A DNA stretch of 62,883 nt, filler included, from Intoshia linei (lineage: Eukaryota; Animalia; Orthonectida): assembly GCA_001642005.1 (NCBI GenBank). It is 8 parts of 8 records of this genome, joined end to end, with 100 filler letters (N's around TTAATTAATTAA, not from the genome) between each part and the next. Parts side by side here need not be neighbours in the genome. Positions count along the whole stretch, not along the records: positions 11,625 to 31,007 come from LWCA01000742.1; 7 more parts are not named here. The stretch is one strand, 5' to 3'. Shown one piece after another: positions 13,085 through 25,597 of the stretch. The position numbers and the translations under genes were made by a program. Under the pieces are notes generated by a model. It was not told the origin of the DNA. It ran no database searches and was given only the letters and a program-made list of their open reading frames with translations. The number at the start of each line of letters is the position of its first letter. Positions within the stretch are counted from its first letter, which is position 1.

Positions 13085-14009
13085 ATGAACCTGAATATGA
13101 TAATTCTTTATATTATTAGAAAAATATATATATCTTTTCTTTTTGTATATTATCAAACAACAATCATTTTATATTATGTAAATTTGTATTTCAATTTTTT
13201 TTCAAGAAAATTACATGGAAACTTGCCAAATTATGAAAAATTTGAGACCTTTAAACAAACCCCTCAACATGTTGCCATCGTTGTTAAAAATCCTAAAAAA
13301 TTTAAAAATCAAATTGTCAATCTAGTTTGCTTATTAATCAATTTTGGAATTGGCGCCGTCACACTTTATGATAAGAATGGTATGAGGTGAATATTTACTT
13401 TTTAAAGCTTTATTTTTAGGATACATGCTAGAAAATGACCATTATTTCATAGACAAGATTGAAAAAAGTATAAAGTGCCACATTAAAAAAAACAAAATTA
13501 ACAATTATGTTACATGTTTACTATTTGGATTTTCAATTATAATTTTCATTTTTTTAGATAACAAAAATGTGTACATTAATATATACGATTTTCATAGTGT
13601 AGAAATTCAATATGATGAAGTTATTATGTCCAGTAAATTATTGGATTCAAATCAATTGTTACGTCGAATTTTAGGTCGGTTTTTTTGATTATAATGATTA
13701 TTTTTTAGCTTGTATACCTAACTCCAACCCAAATTTAATCTTATTATTTAATAATTGCAATTCTTTGGATGGATTTTTCCCCATCAATATTCATCAATCT
13801 GAAATATTGTAATTTATATTTTAATAGGTTATATAGTTTTTATAACGAATCGTTAGTTTTGTTGATTTGGCTGTAAAGTTACTTTGACTATATTTTATCT
13901 TGAAATTTTTATACCTTTACAGTTTTTTTGTAAAGTGGATAAAATTAAATCGAATTTTGTTTTTGAGGCTTTCTTTAACTTTGCAGCAAATTTGATAATT
14001 TTTTTATAA
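13085..14009 (+). CDS. NUS1: Dehydrodolichyl diphosphate synthase subunit NUS1/Nogo-B receptor
   Basis: N-terminal hydrophobic segment, PQHVAIVV..IVNLVCLLINFGIGAVTLYDKNG and NPNLILLFNNCNSLDGFFPINIHQSEI align to NgBR; last-exon phase ambiguous. Confidence 0.8.
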
Positions 14010-14309
14010 CGTTTTACTCAACTGATAAAAATAGTTTATTTTTAGCATTTTTTTAAATTAATTAGAAAATTAAACAATACAAATAAATTATAAAAAATAT
14101 GAAGATTTTTTTAAAGAATTGATAAAAATACCTAAAAAAAATTTTTATTTTATCTTTGAATCAAATACACCTGCGCGAATCACTGCCAGTATGAATATTT
14201 TGATAAAAACGTGAATACTGAATATGATAATATTTTGGTTGAGTTTATGAGAAATACTGTATTAATAATAATAGTATACAATAAAAACCAATGTTCTGAA
14301 AATGGAATC

Positions 14310-16433
14310 ATGGAGGTTGGCTAGTAAGTTTTTACTATTATGAATAATTTGTGTTTAGTACCAAACAATTTAGTCGATCGCTACATTATTATTTCAAAAA
14401 CCAAAAAACAAAATAAAAAATCCCTTTTTTCAAATATTTTTTTGAAAAACACGATTTTACCAAATCTTATGAGCAACAACTTCCAAAAACCAAAATAAAA
14501 AATCCCTTTTTTTAAATATTTTTTTGAAAAACACGATTTTATCAAATCTTATGAGAAAAAACCTTTAATTTTTTATAAGTGTTTCCGTTTCTAAATTTCA
14601 TGTATTCTTTGTGGTCCAAAAACAATATATTATGAAATGGGGACGTACACTATTTGAATCGAGACTATTTTAATTTATATCAAAAATTAATCTGATTAAG
14701 AAAGAAAGAGCCATATGATTACTGTTTGTAATCGAAAAGTCTTTGTGCCACGTGGAATCTAATTTTGTTGATGTTAACACCGTTATCTTAAAATCTTAAA
14801 ATCATTGTGCTGACTAAAAAGAAATCAATCTTGAGAGAGGAATTCAACAAACTGTTTGAAATTTTTACCTGATTAATAAGATATGATACAACTTATCACA
14901 TAAAACGTTCAAAAATTCAAATGAGTCATCAATTATCAAAAAAACAAGAGAATCGTGTGCTTTGAGTTTAATCTATATTGATGAACAATATATCATTTTT
15001 AACTTTTATTTTTGTCGAGAAAGCTCCAATGTTCCAAAAATGGAACAGTTGATAACTTGGAATTCGGAACTCTTGGGACTGACATTTTTTGTAGGTGCCT
15101 TATTTAGCATATCATGTGACTACATATGTAAAGTAAGAGTATATACAACCACGGCAACCCTGAGCAACGGGATAAAGATACAATAAAATGTATCTACTTG
15201 TTATAAAAATCCAATTTATTTACTATTAATTTTAAAATTTAGTATTTATAATCAAGTTTCCTTGAATTACCTTTCCAGACAAGACGTATTTGAAATTTTT
15301 GTAAAATATTGTAATGTAGAATTTAGAAATGGTACCTAATAAATTATTTTCATTTAAAGTTATCTTTATTAAAAAATTAAAAAGTAGAATATTGAATGCG
15401 TAATTTGAATTTGATAAAAAGAGTATAAAACTGAAAAATTGATTTAATTTCCATTTACAGAGTTATGCCATAGTCAAAAGAAAATACCCGTATTGGGACT
15501 ATCCTATTCCCGATTGGGAGTATAAACAAATGTGGGTATGGCAAAAGGTGCGTAATCGAGTTTACAGAAATGTATTTGAAGTTGACAGAGAGGTTAAATA
15601 TGGCGATACAATGAACGTTTTATTGAATTGCAACGTTGAAGGTAATTGATTGTTTAAAAATATTTTATCTCGAATTAAATTTCCCATTTAGGAATTGGAA
15701 TTGAAGGGGAAGTTGTTTCCGTCGACAAAAAATTGGCTAGGGATTTATTAATACCATCTCAGCAGGCTTTATACACTTCCACCGAAAATTTAGAAAAAAT
15801 GAAAATAAGAATGAGTAAGAAAAAATCTGATGATTCTTTCAAAATATCTGAAAATCTTGCTAAAGTAATTTTATTTTCTATTTCAATTAAATTTTCAAAT
15901 TCTTTAATTTTAACATGACATATAGAGTATAATTATAATATTACGTTTTAGACAATCAGATTGCTCGAGTGCATGACGTTACCTATACCAATGAATGGAA
16001 ATGTAGATTGGATTTTAAACAAATACCACATCCGAATAGCCTTGAGGCGGGCTGTAAAATATTAATTATATCCTTTAATTCATTGTAGGGTGTTATTATA
16101 CCTCTAGATAAAATTTCCGTACCTGACAACATTTCGACAGCCCAAGACGTCAAAATACAAGTTGAAGTAATTAAATCATCATTTTTTATTTTGCAGCGAA
16201 TGTGGTTGCACGAGGCGACCCATGGCGGATTGTCATGACGATGATTCTTAATGTGTTAAATTGTTTTTTTCTAGATAAACCCTAAAAGAATCATTACCAT
16301 CAACTCGAAAATATTTTTGATTGACAAAACTGATAATAAAATGCCAAACGTAGTTTGGAAAGAACTAGATTTTATAGTTGGAATGAAATCTAATATGAAA
16401 ATACCGGGAATATTAAATAACACAAACATTTAA
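14310..16433 (+). CDS. MRPL9: Mitochondrial ribosomal protein bL9m
   Basis: Exons 15461-15641 and 15692-15864 give NRVYRNVFEV..MNVLLNCNVEGIGIEGEVVSVDKKLARDLLIPSQQALYTSTENL (L9 N-domain); last exon 16276-16433; first exon uncertain. Confidence 0.8.
14395..14556. repeat. Two tandem copies of a ~70-80-bp unit; dispersed relatives near 49920-50060 and 59480-59540
   Basis: caaaataaaaaatccctttttt..aaatattttttgaaaaacacgatttta.caaatcttatgag occurs twice. Confidence 0.75.
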
Positions 16434-16451
16434 TACAGATTTATTTATATT

Positions 16452-17910
16452 TTATTTCTTATCTCCCTTCTTATAATTTTTCTTTTTTTCTTTCTGATTG
16501 CTTGGCTTGTTTTCTTTATTTTTATTCTTGTTGTTCTTTTTGGTTTTACTTGGCGCTGTTGACGAGGTTTCGGATTCATCATCGACTGTAGCTTCTTGAT
16601 ATTGTTGATATTCTTGAATAAGATCAAGCATGTTATTATATGCTTCACTAAACTCCAATTCGTCCATCCCTTCTCCAGTGTACCAATGAACAAATGCTCT
16701 TTTACAAAACATGCGATCAAATTGTTTTCCAATTCTATCAAAAGGCTCTTGCATGGCCGTTGAATTGCCAATAAATGTACCACACATACGTAAACCCCTT
16801 GGAGCAATATCGCACACGGCAGAAATGACATTATTGGGAATCCATTCAACAAAACTTTTTGTATTTCTGGTTTGCATTGAAAGAATATTGTCGTCTACTT
16901 CTCTCATTGACATTCGGCCACGATAAATAATGGCAGCAGTAAGATATTTTCCGGAACGGGTATCACAAGCCGTCATCATGTTTTTGTTGTCAAATAATTG
17001 TCTAGTTATTTCTGCTACTCCAATCGTTCGATATCTTTGGCTTCCTCTAGATGTCAATGGAGCAAATCCTGGAGTAAAAAAGTGTAGACGCGGAAATGGA
17101 ATCATATTGACAGACAATTTACGTAAATCTGCATTTAATTGTCCCGGAAAACGAAAACACGTGGTAATGCCCGCCATTGTTGCTGACACGAGATGATTCA
17201 AATCTCCATATGTAGGAGTTTTTAATTTTAATGTTCCGATACAAATGTTGTATAAGGCTTCGTTGTCTATGCAAAATGTCAATTGTGTGTTTTCTATGAG
17301 TTGGTGAATACTGAGAGTTGCATTGTAAGGTTCTACGACAGTGTCGCTCACCTTTGGTGAAGGGATAACTGAGAATGTGCTAATTATTTTGTCTGGATAT
17401 TCATCAGTTATTTTGGATAAAAGAAGAGTTCCCATTCCAGAACCAGTGCCTCCGCCAAGTGAATGCATCAATTGAAAACCTTGTAATAGGTCACATGCAT
17501 CGGCTTCTTTTCTGATTATATCCAAAACACTATCCACTATTTCCGCACCTTCAGTATAATGACCTTTTGCCCAATTATTCCCTGCACCGCTTTGTCCAAA
17601 TACAAAATTATCTGGTCTAAATAACCTTCCGAATGGTACCGACCGTATTGAATCTATTGTACCAGGTTCCAGATCAACTAGTATAGCTCTAGGCACATAT
17701 TTACCAAGTAAACCTTCCGTAAAATATACTTCCAATCTTTCCCCTTGCAAGTAGGATTCTCCTTCGTATGCACCATTTTGGTTTATGCCGTGTTCGTCAC
17801 AGATAATTTCCCAAAACTAGATTCATGTTTTATTTCATATTTTTAGTTCTTACCTTGGCCCCCATTTGATTTCCACATTGCCCAGCTTGCACGCTGATGA
17901 TTTCTCTCAT
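16452..17910 (-). CDS. TUBB: Beta-tubulin, divergent copy A with basic C-terminal tail
   Basis: [19 protein letters not shown], 37-nt intron 17817-17853, then [38 protein letters not shown]. Confidence 0.97.
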
Positions 17911-18639
17911 ATTTTTATTATATTAATAGTTCCAGTGCCATTGTTTAGCCAAATCAATAAACGTGTTCCACTAACACTTTAATTTTATGACCCTTGAATT
18001 TAGATCAAATATTGTGGAACAATATTTGAATGGGGTTAATTTTCATATATGTATCCATTTTGTTATTTTGGCATATAATTTATATTTAATAGTCTTGTTT
18101 TAAGCGTTTATGCGTATCGTTTACATAACTTTGTGTTTTTATTATTTGATATTGGTGAAAAAGTAAACCGCATTTCATTTCAAATTCTAATTTCTGTTTT
18201 CTGATTCTAATTTTCTAATTAAATCTGATTTTATTTTTAAATTGAGATAATTTATTTATAATGAGTACAGTTTGTTGTGTTTTATTAGACTAAATTAATA
18301 TTTTTATTAATTAAAAATGATTATCTCAGTGACATGCTATAGCAGAGCTGAACGTACCAATCTCGAGACCACCCTAAAATCAAACATAAACACAACAATT
18401 TTTTTCTGTGAACGATGCGTAGTGTTATAGCCCTAGCCACCTATCCAAGGCTCTTGGCTTACATTTTAAATATGAATATTGACATTTACAAAAAATATAG
18501 TTCAAGATTATATTTGTATGTTATATGTATGATATATGAGTATTTACAAACTAAGAAAATGTAGCTACAAATGTACGTCTAAAGCCGATGGTTTAAGACC
18601 GTCACCAAACTTTTTTTCACCAACCAGGCAGTACTAAAT

Positions 18640-19740
18640 ATATTAAAAATAAACTAAAGAGTGTTCAATCCTAAAAATTGTCATAAATAGCATAAATTCC
18701 AGAAAAAAATAAAAATTATAAAAACCTATTTTGTCATTTTCAATGTGATAACATATATTCAGTACCAATTTAATAAATACTTAAAAATACCAATTATGTA
18801 TCAATAATGAACTGAATCTTTATAAACATTTCATTTGAATTTTATATTATTGCAAAGGATTGTAATATAAAAATGATATTAACAAAGTTTTTTTAGTTTC
18901 GTTGTTTAGCTTCTTATTTAAATTTGAATGTTTTAAAAATGAAAATTTGAAATTTAAAAATTGCGTAGCAATGAAAAAAATTCCGAAGGAATGAATTATG
19001 TAGATTTTCACAGATATGTCTTTATTGGAAATGTGTAGACGTACAATGCACATTTTTTTTGAAATTGTAGGATCAATATTTACATTTTTGATTTTAATCA
19101 AAATATTTGAAAAATGTTGGTTGATAATATATTAAAAATTATTTTTCACCGGGAGTGCGTAGATTTCTGGGGTTGAAATTTTGTATTTATATCAACTGGA
19201 ATAAAATCTATCAGAATAATTTTTTTTTTTTAATTTTCGGACCGTTAATTATTTCACATTTTTATGTTTTAATGTATGATTATAATGTTGTAACAATGTA
19301 TGCATACTAAAATGCTTTTTTGACCGTTAAATCGTCGCTTATTCGGATTGAAATTTTCTGTATGTTAACAAGATACAACTGTAAAACCTGTAAATTTTTT
19401 GAAATTCTAGGGCTGTTTTCATTAAAAAAAGAAGAGTAATTTTTGGTTTTACCCTGAAGATATAATTTTTTTAAATTTAAATTTATGATAATGTTTATGA
19501 TTTTAAAATCCGGCATCAGCGTATATATTTTTTTAAATTCTCCAACTCGTTTGATTTTCAAAAAAAGGGACAACAGGGGTTTTTGACCCATAAAATTTGA
19601 AATTGATCTTATTATACGCTCTGGAAAAAACTGTAATTGAAATGTGTTCTTTAAAAAATTCTAAGAGTGGTAGTTATTTCAATAAAGTGGAATACACACA
19701 CAAACAAAAATCGCGTATCTTTTTATGTAAGTTAGGATGT
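18640..19740 (-). mobile_element. Non-autonomous Helitron family copy
   Basis: Aligns over ~1 kb with 4885-5750 and the reverse complement of 31108-31620; 5' end reads a|tcctaacttac on the minus strand. Confidence 0.7.
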
Positions 19741-20025
19741 ATCGATTTCTAAAAAACTTAAATATGGAATACCTGTAAACATTTTATATTTATTTACAAG
19801 ATATTTTCATAGTAAATTTGATTAAATTGTACTAGTGAATAGATTCGTTGTTATTTTGAATTTGAATTGTAGGTTTAATTTTTTTGTATATTAGATACCG
19901 ATTGCAATTTGTATATTCATAGTTTTTTATCCTGTATATAAATTTGTATTTAAATCGTACACCGATTATCATAATAGTATTATGGAAAGGGTCATGAACT
20001 GGCAATCTTATTGAATTTGTATATT

Positions 20026-20336
20026 GTACATTAGGGCTATTCCATTTTCATAATTTTTTTTAATATCAAAATGAAATATATAGAAAATGATGGCTGTTTA
20101 ATTTGCTGCAGAATGATAAAAATATTATTTATTTTGGTCTAAAAAACTACTGCCTTTTTATGTTTTCTAACTTTTTTCCTCTCATTTTTTAAGAATTTTT
20201 TCTATCTATTGATATATGTATTCTTCATATCATATAACACTAAATATGTATTAATAAAAAACATTAAAATTAAACTATTTAGCCTTTTTTGTATTGGTGG
20301 GGCATTGGCGGAGCTCGATTATGATCCCTAATGTAC
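20026..20336. mobile_element. MITE bounded by gtacattaggg/ccctaatgtac inverted repeats
   Basis: 11-bp inverted repeat; the same end motif occurs at ~7739, ~11681 and ~47071-47086. Confidence 0.55.
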
Positions 20337-21489
20337 GTAATACGTATTTATTCAAAAATAAATATATTTTCAATCAAATTTCCATTTTGTAAATAAATTG
20401 TGCAAAAAAATAGAAAAACATTTTTTATAAAAAATTTTGAAAAGAAGATGTATAATTTTTATTACCCCATATTGTCATCATTTCCATCTATTGATACATC
20501 GTTATTTTGATTTTTTACGATCATTACTTTGAACCGTGCATTATCTATTTCAGCAAAAAATCGTATGTCACCTAATTATTATTAAATATTTCATTTAATT
20601 GTTAAAAATTTAAACAAATGATTTTATAAGGGTACCATATTTATGTTTTTCAATTTTTTCTGCCCTGAATCGTAGTACGTTAAATAAATAAGGTGCAGTT
20701 GTGTTTTGTTTTCTTGTATAATATTTTTGACAATTTTCAGTTTCTTTCATGTGCAATGTTTCAATTTTCAATAATGATTTTGAAATGTTGATTACATCTT
20801 TTTTATTGAGTTGTCCTCGAGTTATTTTTGTACTTTTTTTGTGTAAACGTTTGTGTATTTTATTTTGTTTTAATCTTTTCATATTATGGAGAATTTTAGT
20901 AAACTTTATCAATTTTTTCAATCTGATTCAATTCAACTGATCGATGAACGATGAATGAAAATATATAATTTATGCCGTTTAGTTTGTGTTTTATGAGTAT
21001 TAAAATAAAATTAATTGTGACAAACTGTGAATATTGTTGATGTTCTTTCATTCAATGCACTACATCATTTGTGAATTTCTTATTATTAAATTGTACAAGT
21101 TACTTGTCAAGTTTCATGTAATGTAATGTTGATTAAATATGGTGATGGGAATGTTGATCTATTGAAGTGCAAAAATATTTTAAAGAAATTCCATCGTATT
21201 CAGTTAGTTTTTTTATTTTATATGAATAATCAGGTTTAAATTTGTTAAATTAGTTTATGGTGTAGCGCTCCACTGGATATGGACGCTCCAAGTTAAATAT
21301 TTTAATTTAATATTAATGATGATTCATTAAGATCAGGGGTGTCAATGATGCGGCTCGCCAACTGAAATACTGAATATATAAAAAAGAAGTCGGAACAAGG
21401 CCTATGGCACACTAAAATATCAATGGGTTAACTAAAACTTAAATATTACAGTTATAATTCTTACTTAGATAACGTAATTGAGTTACACA

Positions 21490-21807
21490 GTATGTCTGTT
21501 ACCATTATTTTTTTAGGAAAGTAATAGGTGTAGAGTTTTTAAAATACCCATTTCTAATACAGTTTTTTGAGGGTCATGATTTATCGCAAATTTAATTTTC
21601 AGAAATTGTGTCCTAGAATTACAAAAAATATACACATCTGATAAAGATTCTAAAATTATCAACATGATAAATTTCAATTTCAAAATCTTATATCTTTACA
21701 GCCGAAACCCCAAATTACCCTTTTTTGTAAATGTAAAAAAGTCATATGTATCTCACTTTCGGCAGATCTAGGTACTGTTTGTACAGAGTAAATAACAGCT
21801 AACCTAG
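21490..21807 (+). mobile_element. Short, internally deleted Helitron
   Basis: 5' part like 37760-37990; ends in the family hairpin and CTAG at 21804-21807. Confidence 0.6.
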
Positions 21808-23415
21808 AGTGTTGATAACAAATGTCAGTAAAATTAAAATTTTTTGGTAAATTTAAAAAAAAGTTGGCATATTCATACAACTGAATAATAGAATATTTTT
21901 ATATACGCGCTAGCTACTACAACCGATGCCTTGACGAAATCAGGAGAGAATTTCCGTTCACTGCATTGTAATTCCTTGGTGTGCTAAAAGAAAATTTCTT
22001 TTGCTATATTGACATGCATGTTATCTGTCAGTTGGATACGGTGTATATCATAAATTCAAAGCGGGAATCTTAGCTCCTACTAGGGTCCACAATTAATTGT
22101 AACGAGAATAACAAGATTATTTATTATATTAATAACATAATTTTTAAAGTCAAAAATGAAATATGGGTCAATTATTGTTTTTATTTTTTTTGTTGCTCCA
22201 TGGTACCTGTATGTAATAATATATAATTTATACATTAATTAATTTAGTATGTAATTTATTTGTGATAGTATCTATAACCACAAATGACCCTTTTATATAA
22301 AAATGAAAAAAGTCCTAGAATTTTATAAAACATAAATTCTGTAATATTTTTTAAAATCATAAGCATTATCATAAATAGCAATTTTAAAAAAGTTACTTTT
22401 CACGATCAAAACCACAAATTACACATTTTTTAAAAAATGAAAAGATTCCTAAAATTTAAAAAAACATTACAGCGTATACATTAATCTCCAGTTAACGCAC
22501 ACAAAAATTTATAATCTGACAAAATGACGTCTTCACGGTCAAAAAAGAACATTAACATTCATTTTTTTATTTATTTGGTAACTATTTTGGAATAATACTT
22601 ATTTTCAAGGACGACTCGATATTGGTAGAATATTTCTAAATCTATCCATTAAAAAAGTTGATAAATGACGATGTTTCGTTTGATTCTCTGAAATGGTGTT
22701 AAATTTTTTTGAGTGTGGTTTAATAAATTAAAGCATTCAATTAATGGGTAAGAGATCCCATTTAAAGGGATTCAGTATAACGTTAATATGTATAATCTAT
22801 TATGGGTTCTGTTGTTTTTGTAGAATCTATTTCTGATTAAAAATTACTCAAAATACACTGCATTATTCGATAAACTAATTAATGCATAATGTAAAAAATA
22901 ATAGACCACTAGATACCCTCTCCGTGAACTGTCCTGAATTGTTCAGTTAAATTCAAGACAAAAGTAATATTATCATGGTATAGAAAAATATATTTTTTGA
23001 AGAGGCATTTTCAAGTTACGTTAAAATCTCCATTGAGAGGTTGCGGTACATTAGGCTCGGTTCTAATGGTTTATTTTAAAATCTATCTACAACATACGGT
23101 AAAATAACTGCAAGGTTCAATATACATGTGGAATGCATGTATGATACTTATAATTCTCATGTGATACAAACATTATTTGTAGAACAATTAATCAATTAAC
23201 TTTAAAGAAACTTAATCCATAATTATCATATTTCACATGAACAATTTAATATATAGAATTAATTATACACAAATTGTACTTTAATGTACTAAAATGTAAC
23301 CTAAAAAAATGCAATATGTGGTATATTGTATTAAATATAGAGCATTTATTTCAGTGCCAGTGGGTCAACATTGATTAATTTCAACAATAGAAATCATTCC
23401 AAAATAAATAAAAAT

Positions 23416-24786
23416 ATGAGAGAAATCATCACTGTACATGCAGGTCAATGCGGAAATCAGATTGGATACAAGGTATATCGTATAGAATATAATTCTAAAA
23501 AGTGTAAATAGTTCTGGGAGAATATTTGCGATGAGCATTGCATAGATTCAGAGGGATCTTATCAAGGAAACTCCAAATTACAATCAGAAAGACTAGATGT
23601 ATACTTTACTGAAGTTGGATCAAAGAAATTTGTCCCTCGATCAGTATTCATAGACTTGGAACCTGGCGTAATTGATCCCATTAGAACTGGACCACTAAGC
23701 CAATTATTTCGACCAGATAATTTCATTTTTGGTCAAAGCGGTGCAGGTAATAATTGGGCAAAAGGTCATTATACTGAAGGTGCTGAATTATCCGACAGTG
23801 TTCTAGATGTAATACGTAAAGAAGCTGAATCCAGCGAAATGCTGCAAGGCTTTCAATTGATGCATTCTTTGGGCGGTGGAACAGGTTCGGGACTGGGTAC
23901 ACTTCTCATATCAAACATTTTTGAAGAATATCCAGATAAAATGATGACTTCTTTTTCGGTAATGCCCTCACCCAAAGTTAGTGAAACAGTTGTTGAGCCA
24001 TACAACGCTACACTTAGTATTAATCAAATAATAGAAAATACTCATTTCACCTTTTGCATTGATAATGAAGCTTTATACAAAATTTGTACTGAAACACTAA
24101 AGCTCAAATCTCCTTCATATTCTGATTTAAATAATCTAGTTTCTTCTACGATATCTGGTGTTACAGCTTGCTTTCGTTTTCCAGGACAACTTAATGCAGA
24201 TTTACGCAAATTGGCAGTCAATATGGTACCCTTTCCACGGTTACATTTTTTTGTCTCTGGGTTTTCTCCATTATTACCCATTACCAGTCAAGGATTCCGA
24301 TCGACAGGCGTATCTCAAATTACTAGCCAATTATTTGATCGAAAGAATATAATGACTGATTGTGACCCTCGTTTAGGTAAATATATGACTGCTGCCTTGA
24401 TTTACAGAGGTCGAGTGTCGATGAAAGAAGTAGATGAGCAAATATTTAATATTCAGAATAACAAAAGTCAAAGTTTTATTGAATGGATACCCAATAATAT
24501 CATTTGTGCTGTTTGTGATGTAGCACCACGTGGAATAGACATGTGTGGGACTTTTATTGGTAATACTACAGCCATTCAAGAACCATTTGCTAGAATTTGT
24601 ACTCAATTTAACACAATGTACAAACGAAAAGCATTTATTCATTGGTATACTGATGAAGGTATGGATGCTGATGAGCTAACTGAAGCGTATAATAATATGC
24701 TAGATCTAATTAATGAATATCAACAGAATCAGGAAAGTTCTGTGGATGATAATGCATCTGTTGACTCTGGAGAATCTCAAGAATAG
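23416..24786 (+). CDS. TUBB: Beta-tubulin, divergent copy B
   Basis: [19 protein letters not shown], 39-nt intron 23473-23511 at the same position as copy A, complete tubulin ORF. Confidence 0.97.
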
Positions 24787-25160
24787 TACCAATCAATATA
24801 AAATACTTGGTCAAATTAAGAAAATAATTTAATTATTGATCTTTTTTAATTAAACATGTTTCAATTAATTTATTGTGTATTTTGTCAAACGGGTAAGTTC
24901 ATAGCTTATGATAAAGTTTACCTCACAGGCTATGAATTATTTTATTGTGAAATTGTGAAAACTTAAATTAAATGTATGTGCCGTTTTTGTAGTTTACCTA
25001 TCATACAGAAAAGTTTTTAAAAATAATAGTTAGAGAACTCTAGAAACATAATCCAGATGAATTTTACCAATATTGTAAAGCATTGTATTAAATATAAAAA
25101 TGATAATAACAAAGTTGTATTACTTTTAGTAATTCGTTGTAGTTTTAATTTAAATTTAAA

Positions 25161-25318
25161 TAAAGTGTCCAGAAAAAATACGTACTATCAATTTTAGTTT
25201 ATTTGGTGTTAAATGTAAAGCCAAAACTACTTATCTATGATGACGAATAAAAATTTTCGGCTTAAAATTTATTCCAAATAAACTAAAAGTGATAGTACGT
25301 ATTTTTCTGGGCACTTTA
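25161..25318. mobile_element. Palindromic Tc1/mariner-type MITE
   Basis: taaagtgtccagaaaaaatacgtactatca.ttttagtttatttgg pairs with ccaaataaactaaaagtgatagtacgtatttttctgggcacttta; TA at both ends. Confidence 0.8.
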
Positions 25319-25597
25319 TAATTTTAAATTTTAAACGGATACTATTTAATGCTCCGACTAATTTAATAGTTTCAGCTTCTAATTTAATATTTATAACGCA
25401 TAATTTAATTAATTTAACATTATTTAAAAAGTACTGTGGTCGTCTAATTTAATGCTTAAGCGTGTAATATAATAATTGTACCATCTAACCTAATATTCGA
25501 AACGTTTGAATAAATTTATAAATTTCTGTGGATCACCACAAATCAACATTTTTCATAAGCCGTTTTTTTATGTATTAGCATTTTTAAGTAAATTTTG

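Noticed and set aside
16445-17196. Alternative-frame and antisense ORFs over the tubulins (also 24042-24642) and PIM
   Set aside because: Shadows of real, relatively GC-rich CDSs; no independent motifs.
20610-20940. Lysine-rich 103-aa ORF
   Set aside because: Low-complexity AT-rich ORF with no motif or splice support; possibly TE-derived.
17931-23362. cagtgcca motif upstream of both tubulins
   Set aside because: Only 8 bp and in opposite orientation relative to the two genes; insufficient support.
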